Shown here one piece after another: positions 38,568-48,626 of a DNA stretch of 64,000 nt. The stretch comes from Aquificaceae bacterium (lineage in GTDB: Bacteria > Aquificota > Aquificia > Aquificales > Aquificaceae): the NCBI GenBank assembly GCA_041640635.1, contig JBEPZX010000001.1, forward strand, positions 64,001 to 128,000. Reading direction: 5' to 3'. The stretch's first letter is position 1, and every line of letters starts with the position of its first letter. The notes beneath the pieces were generated by a model. It saw nothing but the letters and a program-made list of their open reading frames with translations. It was not told the origin of the DNA and did no database searches. Made by a program: the position numbers and the translations under genes.

Positions 38568-39233
38568 TTAGCTTACTAGTGTAAGGTATTTGGTTTTGTA
38601 GTAATCACAATACTCGGAAATTTTACAAAGGTGACAGTCAGGCTTTATAGGTTTACATATGGTTTGCCCAAAAGCCACAAGTATTTTGTTGTAGTCAAGC
38701 CAATACTCCTTAGGTAAAACCTTTTCCAAGGCTTTTTCCGTTTCCTCAGGTGTTTTCGTTTTAACAAGCCCCCACCTGTTGGATATCCTATGAACGTGCG
38801 TGTCTACACATATAGCTGGTTTTTTGAAAGCATCAGCCAAAACCAAGTTGGCTACCTTTCTACCTACACCAGGCAGTTTTAAGAGGTTTTCCAAAGTATC
38901 CGGGACATTTCCGCTAAATTCTTCCACTACTTTTTGCGCTAAAGCTTTTAGTTGTTTGGCTTTGTTTCTGTAAAAGCCTACAGGATACAAAAGTTCCTCG
39001 AGTTGCTCAACATCTAAAGCCAAAATATCCTCAAAGTTTTTGACTTTGCTCAAAAAATGCTTACACACCTGTGAGGTTGTAGTATCCTTTGTTCGTGTGG
39101 AAAGTAAAGCACAAACTAAAACCTTGAAAGGGTCGTTACTTTTCTGGGCTATCAGACTTACAACGGGTGCGTTCCAGTTTTTGAACTCCTCCTTTAGAAT
39201 TTTCATAACTTCATGTATGTGTTCTCTCTTCAT
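38568..39233 (-). CDS. nth: Endonuclease III (paralog 1)
   Basis: HhH LPGVGRKVA, VDTHVHR, C-x6-C-x2-C-x5-C. Confidence 0.92.
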   Translation of the reverse strand: MKREHIHEVMKILKEEFKNWNAPVVSLIAQKSNDPFKVLVCALLSTRTKDTTTSQVCKHFLSKVKNFEDILALDVEQLEELLYPVGFYRNKAKQLKALAQKVVEEFSGNVPDTLENLLKLPGVGRKVANLVLADAFKKPAICVDTHVHRISNRWGLVKTKTPEETEKALEKVLPKEYWLDYNKILVAFGQTICKPIKPDCHLCKISEYCDYYKTKYLTLVS

Positions 39234-39945
39234 CCTCCAGAACCTTTAGTATTTCTTTTTTAATTTCCTCATCAACTTTGTAATTGATATCCTCTATACT
39301 CTCCACACTTACGCAACCTATCAATGAGTTTACAATAAAAGCTCCATCGAAGGCGTCAAGATTTTTTATCTTCTCTTCTCTTATGTCCAACTTTTCGGAA
39401 AGGGAAGCAAGCGTTGTCCCATACAAAAGGCCACATTCTCTGTGGGGTGTGAAGATCTTGGAACCTTTAAAGAAAAGTATATTAGACGAAGAGGTTTCAC
39501 AAACAAGGTCTTGTTCATTTAAAATGAGTGCGTCGTAAAAGCCTCTCTTGATAGCTTCCCTTTTTACCAGTATGTTGAAAAGGTAAGATGTAGTTTTGTA
39601 TTTACAAACGGGGTCTCTGGAGTGCCTTCTACTTTTGCTTATACAGAGTTTTACCTTGCTTGGTGGTTTTGGCAAATCCTTTACTATTACGCTGTAGCTG
39701 TATTGGTTGGGGTAATCGGCAAAGTAAGAGGAACCTTCAAAGGTTAATAAAAACTTAACGTAAACCTTTTTATCCTTTGCTACCTCATTTATAGCATTTA
39801 GAAATTCCTCATAGGATGGATAGGGGTATCCTAAATCTATGCATGAAGATTTTAGTCTTTCGTAATGCCTCTTGAGTTTCCTATTTTCTCCAACCCACTT
39901 TATGGTTTCAAAGAAACCTTCCCCAAAAAGTAAAGACCTATTCAT
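39211..39945 (-). CDS. Class IV aminotransferase (aminodeoxychorismate lyase PabC-like)
   Basis: FGEGFFET, H..RL, KTTSY, ETSSSN, LYGTT, NSL. Confidence 0.8.
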   Translation of the reverse strand: MNRSLLFGEGFFETIKWVGENRKLKRHYERLKSSCIDLGYPYPSYEEFLNAINEVAKDKKVYVKFLLTFEGSSYFADYPNQYSYSVIVKDLPKPPSKVKLCISKSRRHSRDPVCKYKTTSYLFNILVKREAIKRGFYDALILNEQDLVCETSSSNILFFKGSKIFTPHRECGLLYGTTLASLSEKLDIREEKIKNLDAFDGAFIVNSLIGCVSVESIEDINYKVDEEIKKEILKVLEDEERTHT

Positions 39946-40585
39946 ATAGCATGGATCTAAGTTTTACCATCTCATCCAAAGGTAGCTGTCCAGGTGCTAC
40001 AGATTGACCTATATAGGAGTAGGTGATGACAGAGCCAAATGCAAAGGCACATATGCGTGAAAGCTTTCCGTAGCTACCCATGGCTATGAGTATCTTGTCT
40101 CCATCGTCATCTCTTCCAACGCACAAAAGTTTTGCCACATCTTCATAAGAGTTAGCCATTACCGCAAGCTTTACTATATGTGCTCCTAAGCGTCTGGCTT
40201 CTCTGATTATCTCCTTTAGCACCCATTCAGCAGGTGTTATTTGAAAGTTGTGGTAGGAAATGATTAACTTTCTTGCCAAAGGTTTTATTTTTGCAAGTAG
40301 ATCTTTCGAAGATAACTCTATATCTGTGTAGTCACTTATAGGTGCACATTTTGTAAAGATTTTTTCTCTGTTTTCCACAAAGGACCCACCTTCCCTTTCG
40401 GACCTTACCGTAAGTATAGTTTCCAAACCTAGAGAGTGGGCATAGTCTATCAGGTATTGGACTTTTTGAATGCTTCTGTCTTGGAACATATCCACCCTCA
40501 GTTCTACGATGTCAGCACCTTTTTCTTTACAGAGCTTGGTATTCTCCTCAAAGTTTACGTCTGTCAGAGGAACAGCTATTTTCAT
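39938..40585 (-). CDS. aroD: Type I 3-dehydroquinate dehydratase
   Basis: ELRVD, TVRSEREGG, ISYHNF..TP, KLAV, AMG..G.LSR, APGQ. Confidence 0.95.
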   Translation of the reverse strand: MKIAVPLTDVNFEENTKLCKEKGADIVELRVDMFQDRSIQKVQYLIDYAHSLGLETILTVRSEREGGSFVENREKIFTKCAPISDYTDIELSSKDLLAKIKPLARKLIISYHNFQITPAEWVLKEIIREARRLGAHIVKLAVMANSYEDVAKLLCVGRDDDGDKILIAMGSYGKLSRICAFAFGSVITYSYIGQSVAPGQLPLDEMVKLRSMLYE

Positions 40586-41781
40586 CTTCTGCTGACCCTT
40601 GCGTAAACTTTCAGTGGTAATCCGTAAACCTTGGTAAACATTCCACCCGCTTTGTGGTCGAAACTGTCCTTTTCCGAGTAGGTAGCAAGATCTTCCACGT
40701 ATAGTGAGCGAGGGGAGCTCCTGCCAACAACCTGAACGCTACCTTTATAAAGCTTTAACTTTACCTTCCCTTCCACATCCTGCGCTACTTTTTCCACAAA
40801 GGCATCCAAAGCTTGCTTTAGCTTACTGAACCACAAACCTTCGTAAACAAGCTTTGCATAGTTATGAGGTATGTAATTCAAAAAGTAATGAAAAGTGAAC
40901 CTGTCTGTAACTAAGGAGAGAAGGTCTGAGTAAGCTTGGTATAGAATTGTAGCTGCAGGGGCTTCGTAAACTTCCCTGCTTTTTATTCCTACGAGCCTAT
41001 TCTCTACCATGTCTATTCTTCCTATTGCGTGTTTTCCACCAAGTGCGTTTAGATCCATAATCAATTGACTCAAAAGTTGGTATCTTTTTCCATTGATAGA
41101 TACAGGTTTCCCCTCTTCAAACTCTATCTCTATATACTCAGGTTCCTCTGGAGCTTTTTGGGGCGATACTGTCCATTCAAAAGCGTCCTCTGGTGGTTCT
41201 TGCCACGGATCCTCCAAAGGACCACACTCTATGGAAATACCCCACAGGTTTTTATCTATGGAGTAAGGTTTATCCCTTGTGACTTTAACGGGGATACTGT
41301 GCTTTAGAGCGTAATCCACTTCCTCCTCTCTAGATTTAAACTCCCACTCTCTTACTGGAGCTAAAACTTCCAAATCTGGGTTTAAGCTCCATGCGGAAAG
41401 TTCAAACCTCACTTGGTCGTTCCCTTTTCCGGTAGACCCATGAGCTACGTAGTCAGCGCTAAACTTTTTTGCATACTCTACCAGCTTTTTGGAAATTAAG
41501 GGTCTCGAAAGTGAAGCGCTTAAAGGATACTTTCCTTCATACAGAGCCAAAGCTCTCAATACGGGAAGGCAATATTCCACAGCAAACTCTTCCTTTAGAT
41601 CTTCCACGATAGCCTCAACAGCACCAGATATTGTAGCCTTTTGTGGAATTTCAGAGAGTTCTTCACCCTGTCCCACATCGGCTGTGTAGGTTATAACTTC
41701 AAACCCTCTATCGGTGAGCCACCTAACGATAACCGATGTATCCAAACCACCTGAATATGCAAGTACTACCCTTTTAGCCAT
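40582..41781 (-). CDS. argG: Argininosuccinate synthase
   Basis: LAYSGGLDTS, HGSTGKGNDQVRFE, ENRLVGIKSRE. Confidence 0.98.
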   Translation of the reverse strand: MAKRVVLAYSGGLDTSVIVRWLTDRGFEVITYTADVGQGEELSEIPQKATISGAVEAIVEDLKEEFAVEYCLPVLRALALYEGKYPLSASLSRPLISKKLVEYAKKFSADYVAHGSTGKGNDQVRFELSAWSLNPDLEVLAPVREWEFKSREEEVDYALKHSIPVKVTRDKPYSIDKNLWGISIECGPLEDPWQEPPEDAFEWTVSPQKAPEEPEYIEIEFEEGKPVSINGKRYQLLSQLIMDLNALGGKHAIGRIDMVENRLVGIKSREVYEAPAATILYQAYSDLLSLVTDRFTFHYFLNYIPHNYAKLVYEGLWFSKLKQALDAFVEKVAQDVEGKVKLKLYKGSVQVVGRSSPRSLYVEDLATYSEKDSFDHKAGGMFTKVYGLPLKVYARVSRR

Positions 41782-41806
41782 AAAAAAATTATAATCATAA
41801 AGTATT

Positions 41807-42334
41807 ATGAAAAATCTAAAAGCACTTAAACAGAAGGCTCAAAATGTAAGATTTTTTTTGATGGATGTAGACGGAGTACTAACGGATGGGAAACTATACT
41901 ATACGGAAAGGGGGGAAGAAATAAAGGTTTTTAATGTTAAAGATGGTTTGGGGATAAAGCTTCTTCAGATGGCAGGAATACCAAGCGGCGTGATATCTGG
42001 GAGAAAATCAGGTGCTTTGGAGAAACGTTTAACGGAACTGGAAGTAGATGAAATTTATCTAGGGCACAATGAAAAGCTCAGTATATTGGATGAGATATTA
42101 AGAAGAAGAAACATAGGTTACGAGAATGTGGCTTACATAGGAGATGATTACGTGGATTTGCCCATTTTAAAGCGTGTAGGATTCCCTATGGCTGTGAAGG
42201 ATGCCCATCCCGTAGTTAAAAAACATGCTCTGTACGTTACCAAAGCCAGAGGTGGTGAAGGAGCTCTGCGAGAAGCTATAGAGTTCTTTCTTGATTTATC
42301 AGGATTTTTAAGTGCTTTGGTTGATGGAGTTTAA
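41807..42334 (+). CDS. kdsC: KDO 8-phosphate phosphatase (HAD)
   Basis: DVDGVLTDG, FNVKDG, IGDD..D, GGEGALRE; next to lptC. Confidence 0.94.
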   Translation: MKNLKALKQKAQNVRFFLMDVDGVLTDGKLYYTERGEEIKVFNVKDGLGIKLLQMAGIPSGVISGRKSGALEKRLTELEVDEIYLGHNEKLSILDEILRRRNIGYENVAYIGDDYVDLPILKRVGFPMAVKDAHPVVKKHALYVTKARGGEGALREAIEFFLDLSGFLSALVDGV

Positions 42335-42840
42335 TGGTTAGAACAGTCCTTTTTAGCTTGTTTATTATTTTTGTAGGTTTTTTGCTAAACATGTTTGTGC
42401 AGAGTAGATACAAAAGTATAAAGTCTGTATCCGAAGACATCGGCAATAGAAGCTTGTTTGAAAACACACAAGTAAAGGTGTACGGTAAATCTGGTGTTGA
42501 ATGGATTGTTAAGGGTAACATTCTTGAAATGGAAAAGGATTGGGTCAAATTGCAGAACCCAGTTTTTGTCTCAAATAAGGGTGAAACAATAAAAGCAGAC
42601 AAAGGTATATTGAACAGATCTACAGGTTTAGGAAAATTGGAAGGAAATGTATTGCTAGAATCACAGGATATTTACATAGAAACTGATGTAGCTGATGTAG
42701 ACCTTAAGAATAACTTAATAAGTGGAGAAGGCTATGTATATGCAAAAAATGAAGATAAGATTATTCGTGGGAAAGGTTACGTTATATATCTTAGATCCCA
42801 AAAGGTTATAATTAAGAATGTAGATACGGAGATAAGATGA
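42334..42840 (+). CDS. lptC: LPS export protein LptC
   Basis: Single N-terminal TM then beta-jellyroll-like repeats; kdsC-lptC-lptA order. Confidence 0.8.
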   Translation: MVRTVLFSLFIIFVGFLLNMFVQSRYKSIKSVSEDIGNRSLFENTQVKVYGKSGVEWIVKGNILEMEKDWVKLQNPVFVSNKGETIKADKGILNRSTGLGKLEGNVLLESQDIYIETDVADVDLKNNLISGEGYVYAKNEDKIIRGKGYVIYLRSQKVIIKNVDTEIR

Positions 42841-43292
42841 GAATCCTTATATTTCTTTATGTTTTGCTTATAGGTTTATCTTTTGGTCAACAAGGGATAC
42901 TTGTAGAAGCAAATAAAATGGAATATGAGAAAAATACCATAACTTACATAGGTAATGTGAAGGCTACACGTGGTCAAGCTTTATTAAAAGCAGATAAGGT
43001 AATTGTATACCTCGATGAAAATAAAAAAGCAAGTAAAATAGAAGCTATAGGCAATGTGTCTTACGTGGAAGGAATAAGAAAGGGTAAAGCGGATAGGGCA
43101 CAGTACGATTTGAAGTCAGAAATTCTAATCTTAATAGGAAACGCTAAGATTGAAGAAGGAACAAACTTTGTGGAAGGTGACGAAATTGTTTACTACAAAA
43201 GGGAAGATAGGGCAGTTGCAATAGGGAAAAACGGCAGAGTTAGGAGTTTCTACATAGAGGAAAAAGATGACAAAGTCAGAAATAATAAATAG
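42837..43292 (+). CDS. lptA: LPS transport periplasmic protein LptA
   Basis: Signal peptide; GNV..., L.AD.V, A.GNV, L.GNA, GD.I.Y. Confidence 0.88.
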   Translation: MRILIFLYVLLIGLSFGQQGILVEANKMEYEKNTITYIGNVKATRGQALLKADKVIVYLDENKKASKIEAIGNVSYVEGIRKGKADRAQYDLKSEILILIGNAKIEEGTNFVEGDEIVYYKREDRAVAIGKNGRVRSFYIEEKDDKVRNNK

Positions 43293-43548
43293 GCTTTCAA
43301 GTGATTACCAAATAGATGTAAAGCTTGCTGCAAAAATAGTAAACATGGTGTTTGACGAAATATTAAATCTTACAATAAATCACGGTAAATTAGAGATTAG
43401 GGGTTTTGGAAACTTTAAACTTAAAAAGAAGAACGGTAGGTTTATAAAGAATCCAAAAACTGGTGTGGAAATGTTTGTAAACAGTAGATACACTGTTGTA
43501 TTTAAACCTTCAGAAATTTTAATAAGGAAGATAAATGGAAAAGTTTGA
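43267..43548 (+). CDS. HU/IHF-family DNA-binding protein
   Basis: MTKSE, EIRGFGNF, NPKTG, FKPS. Confidence 0.92.
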   Translation: MTKSEIINRLSSDYQIDVKLAAKIVNMVFDEILNLTINHGKLEIRGFGNFKLKKKNGRFIKNPKTGVEMFVNSRYTVVFKPSEILIRKINGKV

Positions 43549-44575
43549 CGTAGTTATAATAGGTGGAGGTCCCGCTGGATCCACATGTGCTTATAAGTTA
43601 GCCAAAGCAGGAGCTAAAGTTCTGGTTGTGGATTTCAAAGTTCAAATTGGGAAACCTGTCCAATGTGCAGAGTTTGTGCCTATACAACTTTTTCATCAAT
43701 TTAAGGAGTTTTTTCCCAGGGAAGTGATAGCTCAGAAAGTAAAAAATATGGTTCACTATACACCTTGGAATCAGTTAGTAGACATGTGGTCGGAAGGCTT
43801 TGTTCTTCATAGAGAAAGGTTTGATTCAAACATCGCTCAGCTTGCCGTAAATAAAGGTACCAAGTATATGCTGCGAACCATCTTCTTAGGCTTTGAAGAT
43901 GGTAGGGTTCTATTGGAAGAGATACCTACAAGAAAAAGATTTAATCTAAAGGCTGAAATAATTGTAGGTGCAGACGGTCCAAGGTCAAAGGTGGCTAAAC
44001 TAACTGGAAGGCATACAAAAAGTTTTCTAACCACGGCTCAGTATACCATGAAGCTTAAGAAAAAACTTGAAGACTTAATAATTTACTTTAGGGAATATAT
44101 ACCTGGAGGGTACGGATGGATTTTCCCAAAGGGGGAATGGGCAAATGTAGGTGTTGGCATAGATCCGGAATATTCATACAACGTAATGGATGTGCTCAAA
44201 AGATTCGTTAATGAAGTTGTCTCAGATGGTTGGGTAGAAAAGAAAGTGATAAAAAAAACGGGTGGTTGGATACCTGCGGATGGTCTCTTGGATGTGAGAA
44301 GAGGTAGAGTTTTGCTGATAGGTGATGCGGGTGGTTTTTGTCATCCCATAACCGGTGGAGGAATAGCAAACGCAGTTTTATCTGGAGACGCTTGTGCCGA
44401 GGCTATAATAGAAGGGGACTTAGAAATTTTTCAGGAATATGCTTACGACACCTTTGGTACCACCCTTTCAAGGGCAGCTAAAAAACGCAAAATGCATATG
44501 AAGAAATGGGACAACTTAGAAAAAATCATTCCAAAAACGTGGATAGCTTTCAAGGAGTATTGGGAAACTTTATAA
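43535..44575 (+). CDS. Geranylgeranyl-reductase-family FAD oxidoreductase
   Basis: IIGGGPAGS, PVQCA, R..FD, GADG, PGGYGWIFPK, GDAGG...P.TGGGI. Confidence 0.88.
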   Translation: MEKFDVVIIGGGPAGSTCAYKLAKAGAKVLVVDFKVQIGKPVQCAEFVPIQLFHQFKEFFPREVIAQKVKNMVHYTPWNQLVDMWSEGFVLHRERFDSNIAQLAVNKGTKYMLRTIFLGFEDGRVLLEEIPTRKRFNLKAEIIVGADGPRSKVAKLTGRHTKSFLTTAQYTMKLKKKLEDLIIYFREYIPGGYGWIFPKGEWANVGVGIDPEYSYNVMDVLKRFVNEVVSDGWVEKKVIKKTGGWIPADGLLDVRRGRVLLIGDAGGFCHPITGGGIANAVLSGDACAEAIIEGDLEIFQEYAYDTFGTTLSRAAKKRKMHMKKWDNLEKIIPKTWIAFKEYWETL

Positions 44576-44580
44576 ACAAA

Positions 44581-44865
44581 TTATCCGCCAGCTATTGCTG
44601 GTACTATTGAAAGTGTATCTCCATCTTTTAGTTCGGTATTTGCTCCGTTTAAAAACCTAATATCTTCATCGTTTACATATAGGTTAACAAAACGTCTGAC
44701 TTCTCCATTTTCGTCCAGAATTCTTTCTTTAATACCTGGATACATGGAATCTAATTTCTCTATCAAAATAGATAATTTTATGCTACCTTCTGTATCAACA
44801 TTTATTTCCCCTTGTCCGTTAGTCAGTCTTCTGAGTGGCGTAGGTACTCTTACCACTATACCCAT
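44581..44865 (-). CDS. Ubiquitin-like sulfur carrier (MoaD/CysO family)
   Basis: PTPLR, RRFVNLYVNDEDIR, C-terminal PAIAGG; SD GGAGGT. Confidence 0.9.
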   Translation of the reverse strand: MGIVVRVPTPLRRLTNGQGEINVDTEGSIKLSILIEKLDSMYPGIKERILDENGEVRRFVNLYVNDEDIRFLNGANTELKDGDTLSIVPAIAGG

Positions 44866-44903
44866 TTTTTACCTCCGAAAAAAAAGTGATTAATAATTAT
44901 AAC

Positions 44904-45341
44904 ATGGAACCTTATGAAGTATGTATTAATCTAGCGAAGCAGTCGTATCGTATGGGTGAGGTACCCGTAGGATGCGTGATAATAAAAAATGGTCAAATTT
45001 TAGCTGCTACGCATAATCTTGTACAGACTCTAAAAGACCCCACAGCTCACGCAGAAATACTCGCTATAAGGGAAGCAAGTAGTAAACTAAATGAGAAATT
45101 TTTGTTGGATTGTGAAGTCCATGTTACGATAGAGCCATGTATAATGTGCACTTACGCCCTACTACTTGCTAGAGTCTCAAAGATAATTTTTTATGCACCA
45201 GATCCAAAACATGGGGGAGTTATGAGCCTTTACAACATTTTAGACGATTCTCATCTAAACCACAAAGTTAAGTGGGTATATAAACCCAAAGAGGAGGCAA
45301 AGGAATTAATGAAGGCTTTCTTTAGGGAAAGAAGAGTGTAA
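44904..45341 (+). CDS. tadA: tRNA adenosine(34) deaminase
   Basis: GEVPVG, DPTAHAE, EPCIMC; likely start ATG 44904. Confidence 0.92.
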   Translation: MEPYEVCINLAKQSYRMGEVPVGCVIIKNGQILAATHNLVQTLKDPTAHAEILAIREASSKLNEKFLLDCEVHVTIEPCIMCTYALLLARVSKIIFYAPDPKHGGVMSLYNILDDSHLNHKVKWVYKPKEEAKELMKAFFRERRV

Positions 45342-46199
45342 GCAGCCATTTTTAAGAAAGCAATCGGTATTTGCTTCTTCTACTTGGATAGTAGTATGTT
45401 TTATTCCATACTCATTCAATATAGTGTTTATTCTCTGTATAGCTTCTGTAGAGTTTTTTATGTCATTTACTACTATGTGAGCTGTAAAGATGTGATCTTT
45501 TGGTGTTAGTGACCAAAGATGAAGGTCATGTAAATCTTCCACATAAGGCAAGCTTCTTATTTTGGCTTCTATTTTTTCCAACGGGATGTGTGAAGGTGCA
45601 GTTTCTAAAAATATTTCAATGGATATCCTTAATATGTTGTAAATTTGAGGTATTATTAGAAGAGTAAGTCCTAAACTCACAAACAAATCAGCTACGTAAG
45701 TTTGCGTTAAGAGTATAACTATACCAGCTATCAAGGTAGAGATGGATCCTATAGTATCAAATATAACGTGAAGAAAAGCAACTTTTAAGTTTATGTTTTC
45801 ATGCGCATGATTGTGTAAAAGAAAAACCATAATAAGGTTTAGGATTAAACCTATAAATGCTACAGTCAACATAGGAATTGCCATGATTTCAACGGGACTG
45901 AAGAATCTGTTTATGAATTCGTATAAAATGTAACCTATCAGGAAAATAAGAAATATAGCATTTATAAAACTGGATAAAACTTCAGCTCGCTTGAGTCCGT
46001 AAGTCATTCTATTAGTACCATTTTTTGAAGCCAAGTAGCTACCTATGAACGCTATAAGCAAAGCAGCAGAATCTGTGAACATGTGACCAGCATCGGAGAC
46101 CAAAGCCAAACTGTTGGTGTAAATACCTGTTAAGAATTCGATTATCCCAAACCCGAATGTTATTAGCAAGGCTATGCCTAATACCTTTTTTTGCTCCAT
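45306..46199 (-). CDS. Cation diffusion facilitator (CzcD/ZitB-like)
   Basis: SLAL.SDAGHM.TD, TYG..RAE, FLHV..D, HDLHLW, H.TIQ.E. Confidence 0.92.
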   Translation of the reverse strand: MEQKKVLGIALLITFGFGIIEFLTGIYTNSLALVSDAGHMFTDSAALLIAFIGSYLASKNGTNRMTYGLKRAEVLSSFINAIFLIFLIGYILYEFINRFFSPVEIMAIPMLTVAFIGLILNLIMVFLLHNHAHENINLKVAFLHVIFDTIGSISTLIAGIVILLTQTYVADLFVSLGLTLLIIPQIYNILRISIEIFLETAPSHIPLEKIEAKIRSLPYVEDLHDLHLWSLTPKDHIFTAHIVVNDIKNSTEAIQRINTILNEYGIKHTTIQVEEANTDCFLKNGCLHSSFPKESLH

Positions 46200-46250
46200 G
46201 ATTACTGTTAATATTTAAATTATGATACTAAAGTATGAAAGCAATAAAAA

Positions 46251-48626
46251 ATGAGCACAGAGAAGCTTGAAAAGGCAAAGTCTTTAATAAAATCTCTAAA
46301 AGAGAAAAACTATCTAAAACTTAGAAGAAGTATAGGTACAGGTATGTACCTTTTTAATCTTCTGAAAGATTATTTGAGTATTACCTATCTAGATCTTTTA
46401 AAAGAGTTTGATAGATTGCCCATCCAAAAACGAATAGCGATTCTTGAACAGGTAGAAAAAGTTGTAGAAAGTGCTAGTAGTAACATCGTTGTGTTTTATA
46501 ACTTTGACAACATACCTAAAAAGACTATAGAAAGCTTTTTCATAGATGTAGACAAGCTCAGTGTTTTGAGTGAAAAGGAGAAAAAACTTTTGAAAGCTTT
46601 TGGAATAAGAGATCTTTACTCTGCTCTATGGTTCTTACCTATAAGGTATGAAGATAGAAGGATAAATACTAGCATAATAACTGCCAAAGCAGGAAAGAAA
46701 GTAACTTTGAAGGTAAGTGTTTTAGAAAGTGGTTACAATGCTAACGAAAAGTATCCGGCGTTTGTAAAAGTCAAAGATAGCACAGATACTATGTATCTGA
46801 AATTTAGGTTTAAAAGTCCAAAAGCTTTAATACCTTTCAAAGTAGGATCAACTCTTATAGTTTATGGAACACTGAAAGAATTTAATAAACAGAAGTATAT
46901 GGTGCATCCAAAAATACTAAGAGATTACGAAGTAGGAAACATATTGCCTTTTTATAACGTACGTGGAGATGTAGGGATAAAGTCCGTAAATACTAAACAC
47001 AAGAAGCTTAGAGAAACCCTATCTAAACTCGTAGAGTATGCCAAAAGCATTAAGGAGTATCTTCCAAATGAGGTATTGCAAAAGCATAACTTTCCAAAAA
47101 TAGGTGAGTCACTGTACTTTTTACACAAACCCCCACCTATTGATATAGTGGACGAGTTAAACAACTTTCAAAGCATCTATCAAAAGCGTCTAATATACGA
47201 AGAGTTATTACTCTTTCAATTAGCATTGAGACTAAGGAAACTAAAAGTAGAAAGCTTACCAGCTATAGTAATAGGTTCGGATGCACAGGAGCATCTAGAG
47301 AATTTTAAGTCTAGATTACCCTTTAAATTAACGCTTCCTCAGGAGAAGGTGATACACGAAGCTTTAGAGAGTATGAGCTCTGGTAAACCAATGAATAGAT
47401 TACTGCAAGGTGATGTAGGAAGTGGCAAGACTGTTGTCGCTATGGCATTATCTTACATACTTGCCAAACATGGTTATCAAAGTGCTGTGATGGTACCTAC
47501 GGAAATACTGGCTTTTCAACACTATAAGAACTTTGAAAGCTTGCTATCACCTATGGGAATAAAGGTTGGACTTCTGGTAGGTTCAGTAAAAGGAGTCAGA
47601 CGAAAGTCTCTATACAAACATGTGAAGGATGGGGATATAGACATCGTTATAGGAACCCACGCTCTAATTCAGGAGGGCTTAGAATTTAAAAAACTTGGAC
47701 TTGTAATTATAGATGAGCAACACAGGTTTGGTGTCCTTCAAAGAAAGATCCTTATGGAGAAGGCAAAGGGTGTATATCCCCACTGTCTCGTAATGAGTGC
47801 TACACCTATACCTAGAACTTTGGCATTGTCTATATATGGTGACTTGGATGTTTCTATAATAGATCAGCTACCGCAAGGAAGGAAACCCGTTATAACACGA
47901 TTGATGTTCGATAGTGAGTTTGAAAGGGTGTTGGAGTTTGTAAAAAGGGAAATGCAACAAGGAAACAAAGTTTACGTGGTATATCCTCTTATAGAAGAGT
48001 CGGAGAAAACAGACCTAAAGGCTGCAACTGTGGAGTATAAAAGGTGGCAGTCCTTGTTTCCAGACAGAAACGTTATTTTGCTGCATGGAAAAATGAAAGA
48101 TGAGCAGAAACAAGAAGTTCTAAAAGAGTTCAAAGAAAAGGGACATATTTTGGTGTCAACTACCGTAATAGAAGTAGGGATAGATATACCGGAAGCCACG
48201 GTTATGGTGATAGAATCCGCTCATAAGTTTGGTCTGTCTCAACTGCACCAGCTAAGGGGTAGGGTAGGCAGATCAGACAAACAAGGTTTCTGCTTTTTGG
48301 TTGTTCCAGATAACATAAAGAACCAAGACAGCGATACATTAAAGAGGTTAGGAATCTTGGTCAGAACCAACGATGGGTTCAAGATAGCAGAAGAGGACCT
48401 GAAGATAAGAGGTCCAGGTGAGCTTTTGGGAGCCTCCCAATCAGGATACTTTGGTTTTAACATAGCGAATTTAAATAGGCTTTTAGACACAAAGCTTTTG
48501 CAAGTAGCTAAAGAGGATGCTCTATTCATCTTAGAAAAGGATTCCAAGCTAGCCAATTTAGTAGACCTTAAAAAGGTTATTCTTAAAAGGTACTCACAGA
48601 AGTTGGATCTAGGACATATAGCTTAA
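46251..48626 (+). CDS. recG: ATP-dependent DNA helicase RecG with N-terminal extension
   Basis: RLLQGDVGSGKT, DEQHRFG, MSATPIPRTL, QLRGRVGR, DL.IRGPGE. Confidence 0.97.
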   Translation: MSTEKLEKAKSLIKSLKEKNYLKLRRSIGTGMYLFNLLKDYLSITYLDLLKEFDRLPIQKRIAILEQVEKVVESASSNIVVFYNFDNIPKKTIESFFIDVDKLSVLSEKEKKLLKAFGIRDLYSALWFLPIRYEDRRINTSIITAKAGKKVTLKVSVLESGYNANEKYPAFVKVKDSTDTMYLKFRFKSPKALIPFKVGSTLIVYGTLKEFNKQKYMVHPKILRDYEVGNILPFYNVRGDVGIKSVNTKHKKLRETLSKLVEYAKSIKEYLPNEVLQKHNFPKIGESLYFLHKPPPIDIVDELNNFQSIYQKRLIYEELLLFQLALRLRKLKVESLPAIVIGSDAQEHLENFKSRLPFKLTLPQEKVIHEALESMSSGKPMNRLLQGDVGSGKTVVAMALSYILAKHGYQSAVMVPTEILAFQHYKNFESLLSPMGIKVGLLVGSVKGVRRKSLYKHVKDGDIDIVIGTHALIQEGLEFKKLGLVIIDEQHRFGVLQRKILMEKAKGVYPHCLVMSATPIPRTLALSIYGDLDVSIIDQLPQGRKPVITRLMFDSEFERVLEFVKREMQQGNKVYVVYPLIEESEKTDLKAATVEYKRWQSLFPDRNVILLHGKMKDEQKQEVLKEFKEKGHILVSTTVIEVGIDIPEATVMVIESAHKFGLSQLHQLRGRVGRSDKQGFCFLVVPDNIKNQDSDTLKRLGILVRTNDGFKIAEEDLKIRGPGELLGASQSGYFGFNIANLNRLLDTKLLQVAKEDALFILEKDSKLANLVDLKKVILKRYSQKLDLGHIA

